NCBI GenBank assembly: GCA_963710605.1
Contig: CAVQBA010000006.1
Location: 448,001 to 512,000 of the forward strand
Length of the DNA stretch: 64,000 bases
DNA from: an uncultured cyanobacterium
Lineage (GTDB): Bacteria > Cyanobacteriota > Cyanobacteriia > Cyanobacteriales > Cyanobacteriaceae
Direction of reading: 5' to 3'
Part shown: positions 1 through 12,204 of the stretch, one piece after another
How positions within the stretch are numbered: position 1 is the first letter of the stretch
Layout of the letters: the number at the start of each line of letters is the position of its first letter
Notes under the pieces: model-generated
What the model was told of the DNA's origin: nothing
The model's database searches: none
What the model saw: the letters and a program-made list of their open reading frames with translations, nothing else
Position numbers and translations under genes: made by a program

Positions 1-1
1 T

Positions 2-199
2 GCACCACTAATTTATACTGGTGCGACTATACTCATTTTATCGATCGGTTTTAGTCGTCTATATTTAGGCGTACATTGGCCAACTGATATTGTTGGTGGA
101 TATTGTATTGGTTTTTTCTGGGCTATTTTGTGTATCACGATGTTAAAACTACTTAATAGTAAACAACAAAAAGAAAATCTGAGCAAAGATGAAAGCTGA
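2..199 (+). CDS. PAP2-family phosphatase, 3' end (partial)
   Basis: Frame 2 reads ...IGFSRLYLGVHWPTDIVGGY...KDES*, containing the PAP2 SRxYLGVH motif. Confidence 0.85.
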   Translation, partial: APLIYTGATILILSIGFSRLYLGVHWPTDIVGGYCIGFFWAILCITMLKLLNSKQQKENLSKDES

Positions 200-291
200 A
201 GAATTAGCAATCAACAATTAAACTACTTTACCTATTCTCTGTTAGTTCATTTTCATTATTAATTATTAATTATTAATTATTAATTATTGAA

Positions 292-588
292 TTACCAATC
301 GGAAATTGTGTCTGGTTCGGTTTCTCTAACAAATTGCTTTGGCTTCGATCGATCTACGTTTTTAATTCTGGCTTTGTTCTTACTAGTAAATAATAAAGGT
401 ACGATCGCTCCAACGATAAAACCTAAACCAAGAATCATCGATAACAATACACCGATCGGAATTTCAACCGATTTAAAAAAGAAAAATTTTAAGCTAACTA
501 AAGTAATATTTTGAATTGAAAAAGTAGCTACTAAAACAATCCAAATTGTAAATATACAGGCAATAAAAAGATTTTTAGTTGTATTCAT
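292..588 (-). CDS. LapA/DUF1049-family small membrane protein
   Basis: Two hydrophobic helices around FSIQNITLVSLKFF, then a charged tail. Confidence 0.7.
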   Translation of the reverse strand: MNTTKNLFIACIFTIWIVLVATFSIQNITLVSLKFFFFKSVEIPIGVLLSMILGLGFIVGAIVPLLFTSKNKARIKNVDRSKPKQFVRETEPDTISDW

Positions 589-651
589 ATTTGCAAGATT
601 TAATTAATATTATTATAGTTTTTGTATTTTGAGATAAGCTTAAAATTGGTA

Positions 652-940
652 AGTCCCCCTTTCAAAGGGGGATTTAGGGGGATTAGTTTATACTTTGTGT
701 CGAGCTTATACCTTTAGTTTTTATTTCGATAATGGAGAAAATAGCAAGTAATAAGTAGGTTAGGACGTTTCAACCACCCCTAACCCCTCCTTCAAAGGAG
801 GGGAAATCTATTTAATACCAATTCAATTTATTAAAGCGACACATGAATAGATGAAGTCCCCCTTTCAAAGGGGAAGGGCTGTCACCTGAATTTATTTCAG
901 GCGTTTATAAGCCCTGTGGATTTAGGGGGATTTAGGGGAA
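652..940. repeat. Cluster of CCCCCTT-N-AAGGGGG hairpin repeats with TTAGGGGG tails and a nested palindromic insert at 876-920
   Basis: aagtccccctttcaaagggggatttaggggg at ~652 and ~855; related copies near 2685, 5811, 60520, 61987, 62220, 62910. Confidence 0.8.
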
Positions 941-952
941 TAGAGATTTAGG

Positions 953-2551
953 TTATTTTAGGTAACTAACTTTGATGTTATCAAGAGAGTCTTGGTTATC
1001 GTCCATTGAAATACCTCGATCGTTTACCGATAAATGACGTAAAATTTTGTAAATAGCTTCGATTTGTTCTGACTCACCTATTTTACTGGCTATCTCTGCA
1101 ACAGTAAGAAGTTGACTACTTTGTTTAACCAAATCTAAAGTTTTACCCTGTAAATCGAGAATAGAAGCGGCGGCTTTTTTCCCTGCTTCCACACCTGGTT
1201 GATGATAAGCATTAATATTAACTAAATAAGCATAAATACTAACAGCTCTTTCGTAAAGGGCAATTAAAGCACCGACAGAATAAGGAGTAACCTCATCGAC
1301 AGTAACTGTAACCGAATCTCTACCATTGTCAAAAAGTGCTTGACGAGTACCTTGTAACAAACCAGAAAGATAATCACCTGCGGTATTTTTACCATCCAAG
1401 AAGATAGATTTACCATCTCTATCTTTTAACACTTCAATAAAAGTAACGAAGAAATTGGCAACACCTTCTCTTAATTGTTGTACGTAGGCGTGTTGATCGG
1501 TCGAACCTTTGTTACCATAAACAGCGATACCTTGATAAACTTTATTACCATCTAAATCTTCTTCTTTACCCAAAGATTCCATCACCAGTTGTTGTAAATA
1601 GCGACTGAAAAGGAATAGACTATCTTTGTAAGGTAAAACTACCATATCCTTTTCGCCTTTACCATTACCTGCATAATACCAAGCCAGAGCTAGTAAAGCG
1701 GCGGGATTATTTTTAATTTCTCGGTTTCGGGTAGCAATATCCATTTCTTTTGCACCTGCCAACATCGCCTCAATATCAACACCTTCTAAAGCCGCAGGTA
1801 ACAAACCTACTGCTGATAATTCTGATGTACGTCCTCCTACCCAATCAAACATGGAGAAACAATCGAGCCAATTTTCTGCTTTAACGACTTGATAAAGTTT
1901 GCTACTGTCATCCAGCATAGTGATAGCTACAGCATAACGAGCAAAATCTAAACCTTGTTGCTCGTAAGCGTGTTTGGCTTCTATCATTCCGTTACGAGTT
2001 TCTGGCGTGCCACCTGATTTACTAATAACGGTGACTAAAGTTGTCTTGAGTTTGCCTTTAAGTTCGCTAAAAACTCGAATCGATACCATTAGGATTCTGT
2101 GTTATCAATAAAGTGTATTTTTAATTTAGGATTAGAATCAGTTAAGGCTTGAGAGACAAATTGAGGTGCCTAAAGCTGAGCCACCGATACCAATTGAGAG
2201 TAAATCGGTAAATTTTTCTCCTGTGGGGGTGGTGATTGTGCCATTATGAATTTTCTGGGTAAATTCTTTAATTTGAGCGAGGCTTTCTTTAATTTCTTTT
2301 TTTATTTCTTGATTGGGGGCAATATCTGTGTTTCTTAACCAATAATGTCCAACCATTCTTTTTTCGTCGGGATTAGCGATCGCACCTTGTTCTAATTTCT
2401 CTACAGAATCAAAGGCATCGGCAAATTTAGGTTTAATATCATTATAAAAATCTTCATCAAATCGCATCCGACTAATATCAACATAGATATTTAATTTCTC
2501 GTTGTAATAAAGCCAATCTTGATAACGTTGCCAAAGTTGTAGTTTATCCAT
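953..2551 (-). CDS. pgi: Glucose-6-phosphate isomerase, split by three 1-nt insertions (probable sequencing errors)
   Basis: [34 protein letters not shown] motifs; both ORF pieces are in one frame; removing extra bases near 2168, 2095 and 2079 restores GPQFV...DNTDPNGIDRVF. Confidence 0.93.
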
Positions 2552-2642
2552 GAATTTTATCGTCAAACAATAATCAATTTATTTATACTTCGTTATTTAT
2601 TATGATTGACTTTTAGTCTGAAAGAACGTTTAAATCTTAATT

Positions 2643-2750
2643 TATAGCGTTTATTACATTCATGAGGTACAGTTTCTATTTGTAAGTCCCCCTTACGAAG
2701 GGGGATTTAGGGGGATTAGTCTGTATCTTATGAAACTGAGAATTGCTATA
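2643..2750. mobile_element. MITE-like element with TATAGC...GCTATA termini and an internal hairpin
   Basis: TATAGC at 2643, GCTATA at 2745-2750, internal cccccttacgaaggggg; same design at 14314 and 40566. Confidence 0.6.
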
Positions 2751-2833
2751 TTCAATTATATATTGATGATAATTATTGAGACTCAACCATTGCATAATTT
2801 GAATACGATTCATCGCATTTTCAATTTGGAGAA

Positions 2834-3514
2834 TTATTTTGCATTAATAACCTCATTTAATTTAGACACTAATTGATAAACTGTAGTTGAAGGGTTGATG
2901 TTATGTCTTTGAATCAACTCTGATAATTCCAAATCTTCTGATTTACTATTGTGTTGTGAATAACTTAACCATAATTTTCTGGCATTTTTGATCGCTTGAC
3001 TTTCTTTATCCTTTAATTGTTTATAAATTTGCTCGGCATTTTTTTCATACTTTGTACCTAATCGCTGAGTTAGTTTCTGATTAATTTTGCTTCTGTGAGT
3101 GTCACTAGTATAATACTCGTAATGAAGTAGTAACCATAATTCAAAAGCATCATTAGAAATAGCTAAATTACATTGATCATTAAACGCTAATTCTATAGCA
3201 GTGTTAAAATTTTGCTGATTATAATTTTCTGATTTTGCATCTCGATCGAAAACACACCACACTTCATCATCTCCATAATCACCATCTTTTGCTTTGAATT
3301 TAATAGCTTCTCTTACAACAGTTATACCTACTGCTTTAGCATTTTCTATTTTAAGAGAAATTGTTGCCGTTTTTGTTTCTCTTCCTAAGACTTGAAACTC
3401 TCTAAAATATTTTTCTTCTGTATGCCCTTCACAAACAATCAAAAACCTTTTTCTAATTTTTCTGGTATTAGATTTTCTTCTAGAATAAGGAGGTTGAGAT
3501 TTCTTTCTAGCCAT
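2834..3514 (-). CDS. RloB-family protein
   Basis: FLIVCEGHTEEKYF, VWCVFDRD, SNDAFELWLLLH and NPSTTVY motifs; directly downstream of an AAA ATPase. Confidence 0.85.
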   Translation of the reverse strand: MARKKSQPPYSRRKSNTRKIRKRFLIVCEGHTEEKYFREFQVLGRETKTATISLKIENAKAVGITVVREAIKFKAKDGDYGDDEVWCVFDRDAKSENYNQQNFNTAIELAFNDQCNLAISNDAFELWLLLHYEYYTSDTHRSKINQKLTQRLGTKYEKNAEQIYKQLKDKESQAIKNARKLWLSYSQHNSKSEDLELSELIQRHNINPSTTVYQLVSKLNEVINAK

Positions 3515-3520
3515 ATTCAA

Positions 3521-4828
3521 TTATTCAGATAAAATATTATCAATATTACCAATGAAAGGAATTGCACCATATTTACCTTTAATATAATCAGATTCAAAAG
3601 GAGTATCTTCAGGAACATCATATTCGACTAAAGAATATAAATCTGTTGCACCTTCTTTGTCTTTCTCTGTAAACCAAATTTGATCTCTTCTTAATAATTG
3701 ACCACCAAATAACTTTCGATTTAACAAGTTCGTATCATGAGTTGTAAAAATTAACTGTGCATTTTCTTTGTTATGTTCTTTAGAGTTAAACAATTCTATC
3801 AATTTATGAGTTATGGAAGGATGTAATCTTGTATCTAATTCATCAATAATTAATATCTCTTCAGAAGTTAAAACTCTTAAAAAAAGAGGAATAAAATAAA
3901 ACATTTTTTTTGTTCCTTCTGATTCATTTTGTTCCAAATCAAAATTTACTTGACCAACAACTTTACCTTCTTTGTTATATTTTTGATGCGATGTAACAAC
4001 ATTAATAGATTCAACTTCTTGAGATGATTTTAATAAAAAAGATTTTAATTCTGGTGGTAAAGCTGAGTTATCTAAATCAACTTTTTCTTTACTAATACTC
4101 AAATTATCGATTGAAAAGTCTAATTCTTTGATAACTGTCAAAGTATCTTTCTTTATTCCTTCTGATTCTAATAGTTGTAAAGCATTATTTTTATTAAAAT
4201 TATCATAAATTCCTAGTCCTGAAATCACTAATAACTTATCAAACCATGTCACTATTATTGTTGATATTTTGCCATTAAATTGTGAACAAACAGATATAAA
4301 AAGAGAGTTTGGCTTGGTTTGTTCGATTGAATTAAATCCTTCTTTGAAAAATTTTTTGCTTATAAACGTAAAATTTTGATTTTCTCGTTCAAATAATCTA
4401 TATTCTTTTTGATGAAGAGTCTGACAAAGCCATTCTTTAATGACAGCTTTTGATGAAACCTCGAACCCATATCGATAAATTCTGTCATCAAAATAAAAGA
4501 TAATTTGAAAAAAACTTGGTTGATTTTCTGTTTCCGTATTTAGTCTGAAAGATTCAACAGGTATTAAATCTGTGATTTGCATTTTTGTCGAAGAATTAAT
4601 CACAAAATATCTCATAAAACCTATAGCTTTGGTTAAATTACTTTTACCACTAGCATTAGCACCATAGATAGCAGTTGATTTTAATAAGCTCAATTCTTCA
4701 TTAACACTAAAAACATTATTTTTATCAACATCTTCATCTTCGCTATGTATTTCATCAGAAGCAACCATGCTGAATGTAACTTTATCTTTAAAGGATAAAA
4801 AATTGGCAACTTGAAACTCTATCAGCAT
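3521..4828 (-). CDS. RloA-like AAA_21 ATPase
   Basis: MLIEFQVANFLSF start, Walker A YGANASGKSN, ESEGTKK, Walker B IIDELD, QLIFTTHD, RRDQIWFTEK, YIKGKYGAIP. Confidence 0.88.
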   Translation of the reverse strand: MLIEFQVANFLSFKDKVTFSMVASDEIHSEDEDVDKNNVFSVNEELSLLKSTAIYGANASGKSNLTKAIGFMRYFVINSSTKMQITDLIPVESFRLNTETENQPSFFQIIFYFDDRIYRYGFEVSSKAVIKEWLCQTLHQKEYRLFERENQNFTFISKKFFKEGFNSIEQTKPNSLFISVCSQFNGKISTIIVTWFDKLLVISGLGIYDNFNKNNALQLLESEGIKKDTLTVIKELDFSIDNLSISKEKVDLDNSALPPELKSFLLKSSQEVESINVVTSHQKYNKEGKVVGQVNFDLEQNESEGTKKMFYFIPLFLRVLTSEEILIIDELDTRLHPSITHKLIELFNSKEHNKENAQLIFTTHDTNLLNRKLFGGQLLRRDQIWFTEKDKEGATDLYSLVEYDVPEDTPFESDYIKGKYGAIPFIGNIDNILSE

Positions 4829-5074
4829 GAATTATAACTTGTTTTGATTTTCTAAAAAATTGCTTGATACAACTAGATTACTACAGGTAAGTAGTAATTT
4901 GAGTACGAAATATACAACTACCTTCACAATAGCCGTCGATCGTTTGCCTAAACAACCTAAAAATTATAAAATCATAAAATCTCATGACTTATGCTTTCTT
5001 TACTAAAGTTGAGTAGCCAAATTAAGCATAAGCTAATTACATTAACAAGATAAAAAAAATATATAGAAACAATA

Positions 5075-5800
5075 GTGAGAAAAATTATTATCGCTGGTAA
5101 CTGGAAAATGTATAAGACTCAAGCTGAGTCTATGGAATTTTTAAAGAATTTTTTCCCTTTTTTAGAAGAAACAAGAGATAGTACTGAAGTAGTATTGTGT
5201 GTTCCTTTTACAACTTTAAATTTGATGTCCAAAAATCTACATGGTAGTCTGATAAAGTTAGGTGCTCAGAATATTCACTGGGAAACAGAAGGTGCATTTA
5301 CTGGCGAAATATCAGGCGAAATGCTTGATGAAGTAGGAATTGATTATGTTATTGTCGGTCATAGCGAGCGTCGTCAATACTTTGGTGAAACTAACGAAAC
5401 AGTGAACAAACGTTTGTTAGCGGCTCAAAAATATGGCATTACTCCTATTTTATGTGTAGGTGAAAGTAAAGCTCAAAGAGATGCAGGAGAAACCGAATCT
5501 GTAATTATCGAGCAGTTAAAAGAAGGTTTGGTTGATGTCGATCAAAATAATTTAGTTATCGCTTACGAGCCTATTTGGGCGATCGGTACGGGCGATACTT
5601 GCGAAGCGAAAGAGGCTAATCGAGTTATTGGTGTGATTCGCTCTCAACTCAAAAACCAAGATGTAACTATTCAATATGGTGGCTCTGTTAAACCGCAAAA
5701 TGTTGATGAAATTATGGCTCAATCAGAGATTGATGGTGCTTTAGTTGGTGGTGCTAGTTTAACTCCCGATAGTTTTGCTCGTTTGGTTAATTACGAGTAA
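5075..5800 (+). CDS. tpiA: Triosephosphate isomerase
   Basis: [38 protein letters not shown]. Confidence 0.98.
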   Translation: MRKIIIAGNWKMYKTQAESMEFLKNFFPFLEETRDSTEVVLCVPFTTLNLMSKNLHGSLIKLGAQNIHWETEGAFTGEISGEMLDEVGIDYVIVGHSERRQYFGETNETVNKRLLAAQKYGITPILCVGESKAQRDAGETESVIIEQLKEGLVDVDQNNLVIAYEPIWAIGTGDTCEAKEANRVIGVIRSQLKNQDVTIQYGGSVKPQNVDEIMAQSEIDGALVGGASLTPDSFARLVNYE

Positions 5801-5968
5801 ATAGATCTAAATCCCCCACCCCTCTGCCTATCGGCATCTCCCCTTTCAAGGGGAGATTAAGGGACTTGTAACAATAACTTTTGCCAATTTTATTTTAATT
5901 GTTATAACCATTAATTCCTAAAATAAGGGTTCTTTGCCCTTACTACAAACAAGAGTAAAATTCTTCTA

Positions 5969-6817
5969 ATGTCTAATTTTTTGCAGATTAGAAATCAAGT
6001 CTTAGAATGGGGTAAACGTACCTATATTATGGGTATTCTCAATGTTACTCCCGATAGTTTTAGTGACGGTGGAGATTACCATGTTTTAGATAAAGCGATC
6101 GCACAAGCAGAAAATATGATTGCTGAGGGTGCTGATATTATTGATATTGGCGGACAATCAACTCGCCCAGGTGCAGAGCAAATTACTGTTACTGAAGAGT
6201 TAAATAGAGTTATCCCTATAGTCGAAGCCTTACGAAAACGATCGGATGTTATCATTTCTGTTGATACAACTAGAGCAGAAGTAGCACAAAAAGCGATCGA
6301 GGCAGGAGCAGATCTTATTAATGATATATCGGGGGCAACTTTCGATTCTAATATGTTATCCGTTATCGCTAATCTAGAAGTACCGATTATTTTAATGCAC
6401 ATCAAGGGTACTCCTGTCAATATGCAAAGCATGACTAATTATCAAGACTTAATTAAGGAAGTTAAAGATTTTTTATTAGAACGAATTGAAATTGCTTTAA
6501 AATTAGGTATTAAAAAAGAACACTTAATAATCGATCCCGGAATTGGCTTTGCTAAAAACTACGAGCAGAATATAACTATACTGCGTAATATAGCCAGTTT
6601 CAAACAATTAGGTTATCCCGTTTTAATCGGTACATCTCGTAAAAGTTTTATCGGTCAAATTTTACAACAACCACAACCAAAAGATCGTGTTTGGGGTACA
6701 GCAGGTAGTTGTAGTTATGCGATCGTTCAAGGTGCTGACATACTCAGAGTTCATGATGTTGCTATCATGACTGATGTGGCTAAAGTCACCGATACTATCC
6801 ACCGCCTTAACAGTTAA
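5969..6817 (+). CDS. folP: Dihydropteroate synthase
   Basis: MGILNVTPDSFSDGG, STRPGA, DPGIGF, SRKSF, RVHDV. Confidence 0.97.
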   Translation: MSNFLQIRNQVLEWGKRTYIMGILNVTPDSFSDGGDYHVLDKAIAQAENMIAEGADIIDIGGQSTRPGAEQITVTEELNRVIPIVEALRKRSDVIISVDTTRAEVAQKAIEAGADLINDISGATFDSNMLSVIANLEVPIILMHIKGTPVNMQSMTNYQDLIKEVKDFLLERIEIALKLGIKKEHLIIDPGIGFAKNYEQNITILRNIASFKQLGYPVLIGTSRKSFIGQILQQPQPKDRVWGTAGSCSYAIVQGADILRVHDVAIMTDVAKVTDTIHRLNS

Positions 6818-6909
6818 CAATTAACTAAATTCTTCTTACTCATTACTCCTTACTCCTTACTCCTTACTCAAAAAAACTCTTAACTCTTAACTTTTAACTT
6901 CAAAAAATC

Positions 6910-8058
6910 GTGGCTTCATTAGATGAATATTTAGGCGAATCTTTAAATACAATTAAACGTGCTAATTGGTATCGGCAAGAACAATTAATTAGCTCAATGC
7001 CTTCTGCTGTAGTCGAAATAGAAGGGCGAAAACTGGTTAATTTTGCTAGTAATGACTATCTGGGTTTAGCTAGTGACAAACGTTTAATTACGGCGGTAAA
7101 GAATGCGGTTGAGCAGTATGGTACGGGTAGTACTGGTTCTCGTTTATTAAGCGGTCATCGATCGTTACATCATACTTTAGAAAAATCGATCGCACTCTGG
7201 AAAAAAAGTCAAGACGCTTTAGTTTTTAGTTCAGGATATACCGCAAATTTAGGCACAATAACCGCTCTGGTTAATAAAAAAGATTTGATTCTAGCTGATG
7301 AATATAATCACTCTAGTCTTAAAAATGGAGCAAAACTCAGTCAAGCTAATGTAATTAACTACCAACATTGTCATAGCCAAGATTTAGTCAAAAAACTAAC
7401 TACTCATCGAGATAATTATCGTCATTGCTTAATTGTTACCGATAGTGTTTTTAGTATGGATGGTGATTTATGTCCTTTACCCGAACTAATTGCGATCGCT
7501 CACAAGTTTGATTGTTGGTTATTAATTGACGATGCCCACGCCACAGGAGTAATCGGTAAAACGGGTGCAGGAAGTTTAGAACATTTTGGCATTCAAACTG
7601 ATAATGTTATTCAAATTGGTACTTTAAGTAAAGCTATTGGTAGTTTGGGCGGTTATGTTTCAGGAAGCTCAATTTTGATTGATTTTTTACGCAATCGTTG
7701 CCCTACTTGGATTTATACCACCGCCCTTTCTCCTGCGGATACCGCCGCGGCGATCGCTGGAATTGAGGTAATTAGAAGCGAACCCGATCGTCGAAAACAA
7801 TTATGGCACAATATTAATACTTTAAAACAACGGCTAAAACAATTAAATTTGGACTTTTTCCCTTCCGATTCAGCTATTATTTGTTTGAAGTCAAAAACAG
7901 CAACTTCTGCTCTAGAATTATCCTCTAAGTTGCGTAGCGAAGGTTTTTGGATACCTGCTATCCGTCCTCCTACTGTTCCTACTAGTCGTCTGCGTTTTTC
8001 GGTGATGACAACTCATCAAACAGAGCAAATCGATCGACTACACAAAATCCTTACATAA
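6910..8058 (+). CDS. bioF: 8-amino-7-oxononanoate synthase
   Basis: [43 protein letters not shown]. Confidence 0.95.
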   Translation: MASLDEYLGESLNTIKRANWYRQEQLISSMPSAVVEIEGRKLVNFASNDYLGLASDKRLITAVKNAVEQYGTGSTGSRLLSGHRSLHHTLEKSIALWKKSQDALVFSSGYTANLGTITALVNKKDLILADEYNHSSLKNGAKLSQANVINYQHCHSQDLVKKLTTHRDNYRHCLIVTDSVFSMDGDLCPLPELIAIAHKFDCWLLIDDAHATGVIGKTGAGSLEHFGIQTDNVIQIGTLSKAIGSLGGYVSGSSILIDFLRNRCPTWIYTTALSPADTAAAIAGIEVIRSEPDRRKQLWHNINTLKQRLKQLNLDFFPSDSAIICLKSKTATSALELSSKLRSEGFWIPAIRPPTVPTSRLRFSVMTTHQTEQIDRLHKILT

Positions 8059-8219
8059 TCAATAATTAATTATCTTACTAGTTTGAGTGTTTGACTTTCA
8101 ACTCTCAACTCTTAACTCTTAACTTATTAGTTGGTTAACTTTTACAAAAAAAGCAGTTAGGATCTTGATAATCCATTAAAATTAAGCACATAGTTACTCA
8201 GAAAAATCTTGTTATTATT

Positions 8220-9182
8220 ATGCGAATTTTAACTCTCATACCAGGTGGGATTAGCGACCAAATTTTGTTTTTTCCTACCTTACAAACTTTGAGCGAACAA
8301 TATCCGGATGCATCGATCGATGTAATGGTTGAACCACGTTCAAAAAGTACTTATAGAGTTTGTAAAAATGTTCAAGAAGTTTTAGTTTTTGATTTTCAAG
8401 ATCGTAACGGTTTAGCTGACTATCTTAACTTGTTGGGTATGATTAGAGATAGAGAGTATGAAGTTGTGATTACGATGGAGAAAAACTGGGTAATTAGTTT
8501 CTTACTCTGGTTGAATGGTATTCCTGAACGTATAGGTTATGAATATAGTAACTCTTTATTCTTAAACAAAATCGTACCTCTAAAGGAAAAACAATACAAC
8601 GCTTTTATGTATCACGATTTACTTAAGGGTTTAGATATTAATACCCCTTGTCCAGAATTAAGTATTAATGTACCAAAAGAGGATATTGATTGGGCTCAAT
8701 CACAGCAAAGATTATTAGACATTACATCGGGTTATATATTAATTCATGGTGGGGCATCTCCTCTTACTGTTGTTCAAGGGATTAATAAAATATATCCTGT
8801 ACCACAATGGCAAAGAATCATTGAAGATATTCAGATGAAACAACCAGAGCAAATATCGATCGTCTTATTATGTGGTCCAGATGATGTTCGGTGGACTGCT
8901 GAAGTGTTAAATGTTTGCCCTAATGTTAAGGTAGTTAATACTCCTGATATTGGTAAATTAGCGGCGATGATTGCGGGGGCTAATCTCATGTTATGTACCG
9001 ATAGTGCACCGATGCAGTTAGCTGTAGCTGTTGGGACTTATACGATCGCATTATTTGGTCCGACTAAATCTGAAAAACTTTTACCTCCTCAAAGCGATCG
9101 TTTTATCGGGCTTCAATCACTTAGCGATCAAATTGGCGATATTCCGACTGACAAAATTCTTGAACAAATCTGGAAACAATGA
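8220..9182 (+). CDS. Glycosyltransferase family 9 (heptosyltransferase-like)
   Basis: PGGISDQILFFP N-terminus, CTDSAPMQLAVAVG, ALFGPT. Confidence 0.88.
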   Translation: MRILTLIPGGISDQILFFPTLQTLSEQYPDASIDVMVEPRSKSTYRVCKNVQEVLVFDFQDRNGLADYLNLLGMIRDREYEVVITMEKNWVISFLLWLNGIPERIGYEYSNSLFLNKIVPLKEKQYNAFMYHDLLKGLDINTPCPELSINVPKEDIDWAQSQQRLLDITSGYILIHGGASPLTVVQGINKIYPVPQWQRIIEDIQMKQPEQISIVLLCGPDDVRWTAEVLNVCPNVKVVNTPDIGKLAAMIAGANLMLCTDSAPMQLAVAVGTYTIALFGPTKSEKLLPPQSDRFIGLQSLSDQIGDIPTDKILEQIWKQ

Positions 9183-9424
9183 TTTAGGAGTAACAAGTAA
9201 GCAGTAAGGAGTAAGGAGTTAAGAGTTACAGCGAAAAATAGTTATTTAATTGGGATATTTGCCAAGTAATTATGAACCGTTTTAATTTTCGCTCCAAAGT
9301 TAACTTTAGTTAACGCACATGATTAGCCTTGAACTTAAGTTCAAGGCCAGAGTAAAACAGTTATAGCAACGCCAGAATTAGTAAAGAGGTAATAATTAAT
9401 TATTAATTATTAATTATAATATGC

Positions 9425-11320
9425 CTACTTTTTATCTTTGTTAGAAATAGGATAAGAAGGGGGTACGCCTTTAATACTAATAATTGAATCAATCACTTCT
9501 TTAACTATTGGTGCGGCTACTGTCGAACCGTAAGTATTTCCGCCCTTTGGTTCGTCTATGACAGAAACAATTACATAACGGGGTTTGTCGGTAGGAAAAA
9601 TAGAGACAAAACTGGTTATTTTTGCTGTCGCTTGATATCTACCTTTACCATCATGTTTTTGTGCTGTACCTGTTTTACCACCTATATGATAACCATCAGT
9701 TATTGCGGCTTTACCTGAACCGTTAACTACTACAGATTGCATCATTTTGACCACACTTAATGCTGATTCTTCTTTAAAAACTCTTTTACTTTCAAATTCA
9801 GGAATTTTCTCTAACTCTCCTTGAGCATTAACTAAACCTTTGACGATATGAGGAGTAACTAAAATACCACCATTAGCTAAAGCCGCATGAAGTTGAACTA
9901 GTTTTAGTGGTGTCATCGAAAACCCTTGCCCGAATGCAGATACCGCAGGTTCGATCTCTCTGGCTGTAAAAATAGATTTTGATTTAAGATATCCTGTAGC
10001 TTCAAAAGGCATATCTACTCCCATTAATTGATCTAAACCTAATTCTTTGAGTCTTTGGTAATATTTTTGTCAATCGATTTTACGCATTGTGTGAACCATG
10101 CCTGTGTTACTAGAAACTTCTAAAACTTTGGTAATACTTACCCAACCTAACCCTCGCTTAGAAGCATTAGAAATTGGCCAACCATCAACCACAAGAGAAG
10201 CCGCATCTAAAATTTGGCTATTGGGATTGATTACACCTTCATCTAAGGCAATTGCTACATTAATTGGTTTAAAAGTTGATCCTGGCTCATAACTATCTGT
10301 TACTGCCCAATTATTAAATAAAGATAAATCGTAGCGAAAATATTCATTAGGGTTATAAGTTGGTTCACAGGCTAAGGCTATTATCTCACCGTTATTCACA
10401 TCCATTACGATCGTCACACCTCTTTTGGCGTTAAACTTTTGTAATTGGCTTTTTAAACTATCTCTAACGGCTCTTTGTAAACGTAAATCTAAAGTAAGTT
10501 GTAATTGTAAATCATCTAATTTAACGATACCTTCTGGTAAAGAAGAGGGAATAAATTCACCTTGTCCGTTTTGACGCACCCTTACCATTGCCTTTACTTC
10601 AGGTTGATCTAAATTTCTTTCTATCCATTCTCTTTGACTATATTCAACACCTGCTTGACCAATATGTTCGGTATTTACATACCCTAAGATATCAGCAAAA
10701 AGCTCTTCTTGAGGATAAAAACGAGTATAACGACGTTCAAAATCAACTCCATCTAATTTTAAGCGTCTAATTCTTTGAGCATGTTCTTCACTAATATTTT
10801 TACCTAACAAAACTCCTGTGTTTTTACTATTAATTAGGTTAAGAATTTGTTGTTTATCTCGGTCAACTAAAATTTGAGCTAATTTTTCAGCAATCAAATC
10901 ATTCCAATTTTGACCCGTTGCAGATACTTCTTCTTTTAAATCTTCATCTTTTTGGATGATAACTGGATGTAGATAGATATTATAAACTAGTTTGTCTAAA
11001 CCAATCACATTACCATTCGCATCAACAATCGAACGACGAGGAATATAAGGGCGAAAATTCGATGTTTGTTGTTGATTTGCCCGTTTTGGCAGATTAATCG
11101 TATTACCTTCGGCGGTAGTTACTTCTTGTTGTATTTGTAATTTATATAATCGCCATCCCAATCCACTGACACCTGTAATTAAAACTAACCACACAATGAC
11201 AAGTCTTAGCCAAGAATCAAAATCAATGTTTAAATTCATTGATTTTAACAAGCTACTATTTTTGATTGTTACTAAAATATTGTTTTGACGGGAATTAGAT
11301 TTATAAACTTTCATCGGCAA
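9425..11320 (-). CDS. ftsI: Class B penicillin-binding protein FtsI; in-frame TGA at 10070-10072 (probably CGA)
   Basis: PGSTFK (SxxK), SSN and KTGT motifs; both ORFs in one frame, separated only by ATC GAT TGA CAA. Confidence 0.9.
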
Positions 11321-11322
11321 AA

Positions 11323-11868
11323 TTAATATGCTACAGGGGAAACAGAATTAAGAATAACTTTAGGTTGTACTGTTGTTGTTGTATTTAACTTAATCGGTTT
11401 AGTTGGTGTGTCGGGTAAGAAGATTGGTTGCTCATTAGGGTTAGGTTTGACAAAACCCGATTGATCATTGTCTGCTGAATTAGCTAGTCTGTTTTTAAGC
11501 ATTTCTTCTGTATAAGTGAATTGTCTTTCTTGTTTTTGAAGTTGTTGTAATTCACTGTGTTTTTGACTCCATAATTTAGGAGCATAAACTGTCATGCCAT
11601 ACATTACTAAGGTAGCCGCTACGGTAGCATAACACACTATTGCTGAACTATGATTAAGATAGATCAAACTCTTTAACCACAAAGGTGTATTGACAGTTGG
11701 TGTTGGTGTTGAATCAATTTTAACTGCTTTTTTTTCTGGGGTTGTTTTACTGGTTATTGATTGTACTTTAGATGAGTTGTTAACAACATTGACAGGTTTG
11801 GAGTATTTTTTGCGTCTGACAACGTTTCTACCTCTTAATTTTGCTGGTGGAAGATCTCGGAGTAACAT
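11323..11868 (-). CDS. Single-TM coiled-coil protein upstream of ftsI (FtsL-like position)
   Basis: One TM segment followed by a QKHSELQQLQKQERQ coiled coil; abuts ftsI. Confidence 0.6.
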   Translation of the reverse strand: MLLRDLPPAKLRGRNVVRRKKYSKPVNVVNNSSKVQSITSKTTPEKKAVKIDSTPTPTVNTPLWLKSLIYLNHSSAIVCYATVAATLVMYGMTVYAPKLWSQKHSELQQLQKQERQFTYTEEMLKNRLANSADNDQSGFVKPNPNEQPIFLPDTPTKPIKLNTTTTVQPKVILNSVSPVAY

Positions 11869-12204
11869 AATCAAAGTTCCTTCAATATGGTTCTGTGTGA
11901 ATAATAATAGTAAATATAACAAAAATGATCTTTTTTTTGATCTTTCTCTAGTTTGAATATTAAATTAGTTTTTTAGTACTAATTATTAATTGTGTTATAC
12001 TGGCTCAACCAACAATAATGAAAACAAGATTAGCTGATTGTTAATTTAATTTATTTAAATAAAAGCTTTATCTAGTAATGGTTACAAGATTTTTTATCCA
12101 AAATCTTTTCGATTGGATTATATTTTTGACTCTTAAATTGCATAACGATCGTCAATTGTATATATTTGTAAAGAAATAGTTAGCACTTTTTAGTTAATGA
12201 TAAC

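Noticed and set aside
13-514. ORFs 13-210 (-) and 287-514 (+), and other short ORFs overlapping known genes on the opposite strand or in another frame
   Set aside because: Shadows of well-supported genes with no motifs of their own
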